Assembly (NCBI RefSeq): GCF_031769215.1 | Contig: NW_026782032.1 | Location: 620,001 to 684,000, forward strand | DNA length: 64,000 bases | DNA from: Ylistrum balloti | Lineage: Eukaryota | Reading direction: 5' to 3' | In this document: positions 54,345-64,000 of the stretch, piece by piece | Layout of the letters: every line of letters starts with the position of its first letter | Position numbering within the stretch: position 1 is the stretch's first letter | The notes under the pieces: generated by a model | What the model saw: the letters and a program-made list of their open reading frames with translations, nothing else | Databases searched by the model: none | Told to the model about the DNA's origin: nothing | Translations under genes and position numbers: made by a program

Positions 54345-55570
54345 GCAACACTGCTCGGATGAAAAATGGACAATAATGATATGATGAACAACAGACAACA
54401 ATGACATGATGAACAACAGACAACAATGACATGATGAACAACAGACAACAATGACATGATGAACAACAGACAACAATGACATGATGAACAACTGACAACA
54501 GTGACTTGATGAACAACAGACAACAATGATATGATGAACAATTGACAACAATGACATGATGAACAATTGACAACAATGACATGATGAACAATTGACAACA
54601 GTGACATGATGAACAACAGACAACAATGACATGATGAACAATTGACAACAATGATATGATGAACAACAGACAACAATGACATGATGAACAATTGACAACA
54701 ATGATATGATGAACAACAGACAACAATGACATGATGAACAATTGACAACAGTGACATGATGAACAACAGACAACAATGACATGATGAATAATTGACAACA
54801 ATGATATGATGAACAATTGACAACAATGACATGATGAACAAGTGACAACAATGACTTGATGAACAACTGGCAACAATGACATGATGAACAATTGACATCA
54901 ATGACATGATGAACAACAGACAACAATGACATGATTAACAGACAACAATGACATGATGAACAATTGACAACAATGACATGATGAACAATTGGCAACAATG
55001 TCCTTATGAACAACAGACAACAATGACATGATGAACAATTGGCAACAATGACATGATGAACAACAGACAACAATGACATGATGAACAATTGACAAGCATG
55101 ACTTGAACAACAGACAACAATGACAGGAACAATTGGCAACAATGACATGATGAACAATTGGCAACAATGACATGATGGACAATTGACAACAATGACATGA
55201 TGAACAATTGACAACAATGACATGATGAACAACAGACAACAATGACATGATGAACAATTGACAAGCATGACTTGAACAACAGACAACAATGACAGGAACA
55301 ATTGGCAACAATGACATGATGAACAATTGGCAACAATGACATGATGAACAATTGACAACAATGACATGATGAACAACAGACAACAATGACATGATGAACA
55401 ACAGACAACAATGACATGATGAACAATTGATAACAATGACATGATGAACGACAGACAACAATGACATGATGAACAATGGACAACAATGACATGATGAACA
55501 ATTGACAACAATGATATGATGAATCATTGCATCCATGTTGACCAACAGAGGACAACAAATGACAACGGTC
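54345..55570. repeat. Tandem array, 25-bp unit, about 48 copies
   Basis: Unit ACAACAATGACATGATGAACAATTG / ...AACAG; the minus-strand consensus has no stop in any frame, giving five overlapping Cys/His-rich ORFs. Confidence 0.97.
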
Positions 55571-57829
55571 TAACAACAAAAACTATTATCCTAGTATCCA
55601 GGTGGTAAAAAACATTTAAAACGCTAAGAACAAAAGACGGATTTAATGGTAAGAGGGAATAACTACGACAAATACAGTGTCTTTATTTATCTAGCTTGTT
55701 TATTTCATCTGATTGTTGAAAATACAGACATATCAGAATGCAAAAACAGGATGCTTTATCTGTAGTGCTAAGATGAGACACAACAGGATGTTCCACAATC
55801 ACTTCAGCAAAAACAAGTAAAGCTCTATTTCAACCTGTTTGCTGATTACTTTATCAATTTTTTTTTTTTTTTACAAAAAAATTACTTTTACATACGTCAA
55901 TCAATTTCTAAAGTGCACTTTGTATATATTAGTAGAGTATAAACATTCCAGAAATAAAGATGTTCTTTTAACTGTTATGGATTGTGAAGATATCACGCAA
56001 CACCTACAAATTATATGTTAAAAAACCCAGCTAAATATTACATTATGATGGATCTTTTTAACCCTTATATCAAAGTGCACATGAACACATGGTTTAGAGG
56101 TGCAGATAGAGAAACTCCACTCCTCTTCTTCCTGTACAACAATTAATACCCATCTCTTCTTAATCAAAATTATCTTCCCTAAACTCACTAGCTCTACAGC
56201 CAAGATAAAAAACCTTTATTCTTCAGCTCATATAGAACTCAATGCTGAAAGACTGAAAGGCCGTAATGGTGGACGTAAAACCCGTTAAGGTTAAACCAAA
56301 ATTAAAAGCTCATGTCAATGCAATTTCATTGTATGAGCACATTTAATTTCTAACGTAGAAAACACTCCAATCATTTATTTGAACAAACTAGATCAGACTT
56401 CACATAAGCAAGTCAAATATCATCTAGTTTTTGCTCTCGGATTCACAATTCATTAGAAGAAGAATTTGATACTTTGTACCTGAAATGTCTGGACTGCAGT
56501 GTCATGGATGTATATTTGAAATTCTAGCTAGTTACAAGCAAGATAATCAAAGTCTTTTTTCTTTTCATTTTCGGAAAGGTCTTTTTCATAATTTCCTAAT
56601 TTTTTCATTCTAGCATGATATAGTTCTAGGTATTATGGTTTTATTATCACCCTTCATTAAAAGGTTTTAAACATTGAATTTATTTTTATATCAAATGTTG
56701 GCCACTTTAAGCAGACCATTTAGCAAGTCATAGTCCCACTTCATGACACATAGTCTTACAGTTCTAAAGAAGAAGTCCTCACAATCCTTATGACCTGGTT
56801 GCCATTATCTATAAGATTTTGATCCTTCAATACTGTTCCATTCTTCAAGACCTCATATGGCAGAATACATTTTAGAAATGAATTACTGAAATCAATGTTT
56901 TATTTTGGTGATAAAAATATTTCCAGAAAGGCAAGTGGAGATAAGTGTCCATCAATATTACTGGTTTAACAGTACCTATTTTAACATCCACTAAAAATAA
57001 AAAAAAAATTTGTACTACAGTATCCTTAGGAACAGACCAGAGAGAAATACCTCCAGTGCTGGCATAGTTCTGGGAATGTTGAAGATAAGTAAAATTGCAT
57101 ACTTTCATCAAATTCTTGGATTACTTCTACATCACCCATACCAGACCTAAGCCAGTACGTGTGAAAAAAGACAAACACTATACAGTTTACTATGGGAAAA
57201 ATTAATGACCTTTTTATGTTAGGAGCTAATTTAGCATGCTTCTCAGCATGAAATGTAATTCTATTTTACACAGATAGAAATTATTCCAAAGCCTCAATAA
57301 GCTTCCACAAACAGCATCTGTGAAGTAACTGTTACATAATAAAGAAATCATTGACATCCCAGTATTTCATAAGTTTGAAATCTTCCAAAATGTGAAAAAA
57401 TTACTAATGATAAAGACCATAACATATAATTTTCATATGAATATTCATTACTACTTCAAATATCTTCTCACTTATGTATATACAGATGAAGCCAAAAATC
57501 AAATTTCACTAAAGTTTTAAATTTAGTTGTGTGCAATGCCAGCCTATCAACATTCATAACATTTCAGTGTCAGACTATGACAGAAATGGCAACAACTGCC
57601 AAATTATCAAAATGAAATGCAATTATATTCAACAGATTCTTATAAAAAATTATTTGTCTCAGGATCAACTTAAGTACACATATGTTACAATGCCAAAGAC
57701 GTTTTGTATTAAAAGCTCTGAATTTTATTTATCATCAAACAATTGTTTAAAAAGTTGTATCAACTTATATTCATCACTCCTGTTGATCAGACTTGTGCGA
57801 CTAATACAGTGATTGTAGTAGGAATAAGA

Positions 57830-58230
57830 AACCCCGGAAAAAATGCATGCAATCTGATTTTATTAAGTTCAAAGGTCAAAATATAAGTTGCAGTGACCTA
57901 TTTTTTGCATATGACATACACACTCCTAGAGATGTATCTACACACAAAGTTTAATATTTCTAAATCCTATAGCAAAGAAAATATCCTTAAAGAATATTAC
58001 AATGAGGAAACACAAAGAAAGAAACCATGTGGTCAGCTTTATTAGGTTTAAAAGTAAAAACATAGGCTGCAGTGACCTACTTATTGCATATGACATATAC
58101 ATTCCCAAAGATGTATGAGGGACAGATATGCATAGATTTATCAGGAAAATAACTTCTTGTAACCTGTCCAAAAAAGAAATTTGGAATGACTCAAACCTTT
58201 ATGACCTGTAAAAAGTCAAAGTTGAGATAC
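57830..58230 (+). mobile_element. Degraded non-autonomous transposon-like repeat with two subrepeats
   Basis: TGCAGTGACCTA..TTGCATATGACATA(C/T)ACA.TCC..AGATGTAT at about 57890 and 58068, with GGTCAAA words. Confidence 0.4.
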
Positions 58231-61084
58231 TGGGGGCAGATTATTGATGGATTTCAAAGTACATTTTCCCCCCCTTTAAATCTGAATTTTTCATTTCTTA
58301 ACAAAAATATATTCTTGTTTTTTACGATTGAGTGATGTATGTTTTAATCTCTTTAGACATTTAATTTAGCAGACACATCAAAAAATCACTCAGGAATCAA
58401 GACATGGGAAAAATGTGACAAGGAACAAATTCAGAATGCTTTCCTTTATATACAATTTAAAAAAAGAGTACATAAAACCACACTGACACAAATTATCTCC
58501 CTTTTGTCACCTGACACTGGTTGCCATAGAAATGCCCATATCCAACCATTGATAGGATTAAATAAGAATGGCTTCCCAGCCACTAAAGCTCGGGAGTTGT
58601 GATAATTCAATATTCAAATTTCATTTCAATCTATGATAAATTTCATTTTTTGCCAGTAGAATATACATCTTTCTCAATTTATACAAATGTAACCCATAAA
58701 AAGTGCTCGCACATGAATTATAAAATTGTATAGCTGAAACACGGATAAACAATAATATGTATGCACAATGTATACAGGCGAGGAAGTCATTATTTAATAT
58801 AAACCAGTCTGACTGGGTACCTCCAAAAAACAATCGGACTGGTATTACATCTGCCAAAGCCTTCTTATTTAAGTATTGATCTTCTTCCTCGACGATTATG
58901 AATTCATTTACAATATAAGCTATGTCTAAATCACCCACGATTGTCTGCGTTCACCGGCTTAACGTGTTCCCAGATGTACTTTTCAGCTCTTTAGAAATTA
59001 CATACATTTTTTTTTTCTGTTTTACACAAACTTTTCAATAATCTTTAAAATCTATTTTTTTGCTAATCCTGACATCTTGTGTTACTATTCTCTGTTGGCA
59101 ACAATCATTTATTGGAACTTTGTTGTAGATACCTTCAGAATTTACTGCTAACAAAAATATTTGCACTTGTCTTTAATATCCTAAATTTATCATTGGAAAA
59201 GATGTTGAGATAAATATTAAATTCAATTAAAAAAAAAAAAAAATTAGATAGAAACACAAAACAGTCAGTATCCCACATACAATTATATTAGGAAATATAA
59301 GCCCTTAACATAGCACTTGTAACAGAGCAAACCATAGCCTTAATAGAAATCTTATATACAATTTCTTTCTGCGCCGGAAGTTTAATTATCATTACAATAA
59401 GTACTACATAAATAAAGTCATACCTATTTTTCATATCTGTTGTCACTTAATATCATGGTCAGTAATAATCCTCATCTGGGTCTTTGTTAAGTTTGAATCC
59501 CTTAACAAAACTAATGATGTCCAAGTCTGGGTGCAATGCATGCTTTTTGTCTATAAATACCTTGAGTGTTGTCCGAGAGAAGCATGCGTCACCGGTGATT
59601 ATCCAGTAATGGTGGCCGGGCGATGTGGAGTTACTGGAAGCTGGCCCTGAAGTGGCATACATACATCAATATCAGCACGATTACTAATTAGTGTGTAGTA
59701 TTACGCAGTCTGATAACTTACATATCATTAATATTAAAAATCCAATACACACACAACATTAGATATATGGAAATACTATTCAAGGCCCTGTTTTTATTTT
59801 CTCTCTCCATCTTTTATCTATAATGAATTCCAGTAAGGTTCAATGCCTGAGCTTACAATATTGGCAATTTTATCAGATGCGGACAAATCAAAGATAGGCA
59901 CCTTAATTACAGCTCCTTGTTTGCAGTAATGATATGTATGGAATAGAAATACATCTAAGCTCAGGCAATCTGCATGTATTTTCCATATTGCAAACAATCC
60001 ATAATTTGGAACATCAATCCCACAAGGAAAATATGGCGGCTATTTAATTTGCATACAAAAATGTGTAATGGGATAGAAATGAAACCATTAGTAGAGAATT
60101 TTAGTGATACAAAAGATGCAGGTCTTAGTAATTAGTCAAAGACCACACGTACATCTGCCAATAAACATAAACACCTCGTAATTCCAATCATTCGTGATAA
60201 GAAAAATGCACATGCATTCCTCTTCTGCTATGTCACATTAGAAGATGCTGTATTCATTTTGTAAGAAAATACATTTCTTTTTTCTTCTCTGAAGATTTCC
60301 ATAATCTGTCCCTACTAATTACCGTGTTCGTTATGAAAGGGTATGAAAAAATAATCTTATATCAACGTTTAGATTTGAACCAAGACCTCTGTAACAATGA
60401 ACTACTGCAGAGACCACCAACAATCTAACATGGCTGTCGCTACATCAAAGAGAAAACTGCAGATGTTTTCCTCGTAATATCCTTGTAATGTATAGAGTAA
60501 AATACATACCGATTAATGATCCTCTTTCTCTTTAATTAGCAGTCTCGTTTACTTTCTGATTTAAATACATGTAATATTCATTATTCAGCATTTGGAGCAG
60601 ATCAGATCCTACAATTTTGATGTTACAAGTGATGAAATCAGACTGTCAGAAAAGATTGAAGAAATACATGGGATTACAAGATTATGAGTTTGATGTCTTG
60701 GAGAATATTTTTACAACAGGCCTTCAAACGCATACTTGTCTGTTATATAACTATATAAACTGGACATGCTATATTGAGATAGTATTTGTTTAGTCAGAAG
60801 TAGTTTAGACATGTATGTGTCCATTTTTTTTTTGCTCATTATAATTTCATCACATCTGTTTTCTGGTTTGTTGATATACTTCAGTAAGTCTTTAAAAGTT
60901 TACCTCATTCCACCTTCTATATACCTATCTATATATCTATCTATACACTGATAACTATATACATGGTCCTGTATTGTTTTGTACTCTTGCCTATAAACAT
61001 TCAAATTGTAGGGAGCTTTACTTTGTCTCAGCCTTTTAAGATCTCCTTAAGCTTTCTACCTTCTACCCTCTGTTCTCTAAGGTC

Positions 61085-61650
61085 CTTCACCTACCAGCCT
61101 ACACTAAGGTCCTATACACAGAAGCCTACCCTGATATATCTAATGAAGTCCTATACACATCAGCCTATATCTATAAAGGTCCTTTATATAGATGCCTACC
61201 AGGTATGTCTACCAAAGTCCTATACCTATCAACCTATACCTACAAATGTCCTATACCTATCAACCTATATCTATAAAGGTATTATACACACAAGCCTATA
61301 TCTACTGAAATCCTATACACATCAGTCCATATCTACCTAAATACAGTAAACATCAGCCTATATCTCTTTAAGTCCTATATCTATCAACCTATACCTATAG
61401 AGGTCCTATACATAGACTTTTCAGGTATGTCTACCAAAGTCCTATACCTACCAACCTGTACCTACAGATGTCCTATACATATCAACCTACATCTGTACAC
61501 AGAAGGTTATGTCAAGTGAAGTCCTTTACACAAAAGCCTATAAAAGCTTGTACTGTCTTAGATGCTATATTCATCAGTGTATATCTGCTGATATCCTACA
61601 CCTACCAGCCTATATCCTCTCTCTACTGAGGTCCTATGTCTATAGGAATC
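61085..61650. repeat. Degenerate tandem array, about 33-bp periodicity
   Basis: Recurring GTCCTATAC(A/C)(T/C)ATCA(A/G)CCTATA(T/C)CTA words; explains SYTHQP repeats in ORF 60963-61340. Confidence 0.75.
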
Positions 61651-62248
61651 TATGTTTAACACCTGTATGCCCTTGGAAGTAATTTAGAAGATGATCTACC
61701 AGACCAACCTGTATATTTTCAGTGAGTCTGACAAACTCCAGACAACTTGTGACTCTAGCACACAATGTCTAGCAATCTACAAATCAGCCCACATTGACTT
61801 ATTTTAGAAATTTCACATAAGGGTGATGACCATCATAAAGTCTTTTTCAAAATGCCTTTAAAAATAAATCTTGCCAGCTTGAAACATGTATAGAAACCAT
61901 GACGATGAAACAATTACTATCACCTTCCATGTACATACCGCCATCCAATTCTTTACAAATCTGACAGGTCCTGCCGTTTTTTCTCCTACAATTGACAATT
62001 AGTTCTTAATAATGGTGTTCAATCTTTGGGTGATGTTCCTACATTTATAATTTACACATCATTGGAGGTTTAGGGAATGGTTTGTTAAAAAAAAATCTTA
62101 AGCAATTGGTTTTTTTAGTGCAGGTAGATAGGAAAACACTGTAACCCTCATACAAAGGTGATTACACCGAGGTTGTCACGAGCAACGGGTACCATGTCTG
62201 CCTAACCTTCTTAATGTCTACATCATGTGAAAACCAGATATAGATAAT

Positions 62249-63060
62249 AAGAGACCCAGAGGACCTGTATCATTCACCTGGATGATATAACTATAATGCC
62301 AAAATAATCGTTATGTGTTCTATAATCTGTGTTCAAAGAGTCGACGCATACAACAAATGATACAATGCATTTACGAAGTTATCATGATATTCTGTTTCCC
62401 CAGAAAAGGGTATTACACAGTATACATTGGCATTTATTTAAGGAAATTCTGTAGCAATCTAATCCTGGTACCTGCTGGCAATATCTCAGGATTCTAGGTC
62501 TACTGGAATGTGAAAATAGGATTCTTGAAAGTTTTTGACATATTTGACCCTTATGACCTTGAAAACTTGAAAAATATATTTCAACATATCAAACACCTGT
62601 GACACTGAATGTTGGTCAAGGTGATTTTTATGAGGGCATTTCCCAGCTCACTATCCTTGTTACCAAATCAAGTCTATTGGAACTTGAGAAGTCTAGTTTT
62701 AGTTTTTACCATACAATTGTATTTGACCAATGTGACTTTGAAAATAGGTCAAGGTCATTGATATAAAGAAATATCATAGCACTCTATCCTTCAGGTATCT
62801 GCTATCAAAAATAGCATGGCTCTGAGTCTATTGGAACTAGAGAAGAAGAAGCTTAGTTTTAAAAAATATGACACCTATCATCTTGTAACTAGGTCAAGGT
62901 CATTCATATGAGTAAAATTGATGTGATTCCACCTCAAATCAGTACTAAGTTGCTTATGGTTTTCTACAAGAAACTTAAAGTTGATGTACAAATGGATGGA
63001 CAACGACAAACGACAGATCCTTCAGCTCACAAGACTATCATCCATTAGTTAGCTAAAAAA
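62249..63060 (+). mobile_element. Near full-length non-autonomous DNA-transposon-like element
   Basis: Start AAGAGACCCAGAGGACCTGTATCATTCACCTG (cf. 51874 ACAAGAGGCCTAATGGGCCCG), internal duplicated AGGTCAAGGTCATT and GTCTATTGGAACT.GAGAAG modules, GGATGGACAACGACAAACGACAGA run, end AGCTCAC..TTAGCTAAAAAA. No transposase ORF; family not assignable by eye. Confidence 0.6.
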
Positions 63061-63516
63061 CAGGGAAATGTGCTGAGATAGATTGTGACATGTTATCTGC
63101 TTTCATTTCCTTGTGTTTTAATTTAAGTGACGTAAACTCTGTATTCTCTATGTTTTTTTAATGTCCAAAGATATTACGCTAATTAAAAACAATAAATATG
63201 AAATTTCATATTTCTATAACTATTTACAATCAAAGTTTTTCTCCTTCCAAATCACAAGCAAGTCCAAAATTTCCCATAAAAATTCCATGAAAGTCTCATT
63301 ATACTGGCTAGTGATAAGTATACTGGATACTACTGGAACTTCTGATAATCATAGGATTGTCAAGTATTGTTATATGAGAGTCATTTTGTCTAGAATATTA
63401 GCATCAAAAACCTTAACAAAAACACGACATCACTTTTATAGTTCTAAATCATTATAATACGCAGTACAAACATATGTAATACTTTTCTTTTAACTCTCAA
63501 GCACTTTCCGATTAAA

Positions 63517-64000
63517 TTGTCAACACATCCAGGGAGCTCTATAAACTCCAGGTGTCATCCCAACCTATTGTGTTAACACATCCGGGGAGCTCTATAAACT
63601 CCCACTGTCTTTCCAACCTATTGTGTTAACACATCCAGGGAGCTCTATAAACTCCCACTGTCTTTCAACCTATTGTGTTAACACATCCAGGGAGCTCTAT
63701 AAACTCCCACTGTCTTTCCAACCTATTGTGTTAACACATCCAGGGAGCTCTATAAACTCCCACTGTCTTTCAACCTATTGTGTTAACACATCCAGGGAGC
63801 TCTATAAACTCCCAGTGTCTTTCAAACCTATTGTGTCAACACTTCCAGGGAGCTCTATAAACTCCCACTATCTTTCAACCTATTGTGTTAACACATCCAG
63901 GGAGCTCTATAAACTCCCGGTGTCATCCCAACCTATTGTGTTAACACATCCAGGGAGCTCTATAAACTCCCACTGTCTTTCCAACCTATTGTGTTAACAC
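63517..64000. repeat. Tandem array, 52-53-bp unit, at least 9 copies, runs off the window end
   Basis: Unit CCTATTGTGTTAACACATCCAGGGAGCTCTATAAACTCCCACTGTCTTTCCAA. Confidence 0.97.

Noticed and set aside
16685-55570. Shared ATGACATGAT word between the 35-bp array (16685) and the 25-bp array (54345)
   Set aside because: Only about 10 bp of low-complexity match; the rest of the units does not align convincingly.
37495-55579. Long ORFs in the track from arrays (37495, 39017, 44497, 44530, 47376-48637, 51100, 54226-55579) as genes
   Set aside because: They follow from stop-free repeat units, occur on both strands or in all frames, mostly start at non-ATG codons and lack exon context.
2007-59007. 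Horizontal insert using TGA as Trp (mitochondrial or Mollicutes code) to explain several TGA-split minus frames
   Set aside because: The frames are short, scattered among host repeats, use TGG as well, show no recognisable mitochondrial or bacterial genes, and their number is close to a rough chance expectation.
4108-64000. Tandem arrays as CRISPR or repeat-spacer arrays
   Set aside because: Units are contiguous copies with point variants and no unique spacers (the only variable inserts are TA runs); no cas-like ORFs; eukaryotic context.

Overview
AT-rich (about one third GC by eye) animal nuclear DNA, most consistent with a bivalve mollusc. That is an inference from dispersed repeats of the GGTCAAGGTCA / AACAAGAGGCC..CACCTG / GGACGGAC type and from the style of the minisatellites. 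No prokaryotic or phage gene organisation, CRISPR array, rRNA or tRNA gene, or confidently identifiable protein-coding gene is visible; the window looks like a long intron or intergenic tract. Roughly a third of it is about 27 mostly unrelated tandem arrays (units about 21-73 bp), and nearly all long ORFs in the supplied track are by-products of these arrays. There is a 202-N assembly gap at 35640-35841 and several non-autonomous transposon-like remnants. Unexplained items worth checking: a non-repetitive 187-aa minus-strand ORF (12894-13457); exon-like blocks at 11415-11562, 12151-12383 and 59561-59646; a 42-bp array that keeps one Tyr/Asn-rich heptad frame for about 4.1 kb with a single stop; two abutting arrays sharing a core in inverted orientation (46884-48535); a TGAGTCA (AP-1-type) cluster built by a repeat; and strong local ACAGGT enrichment. 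I did not find convincing evidence for a new biological system.
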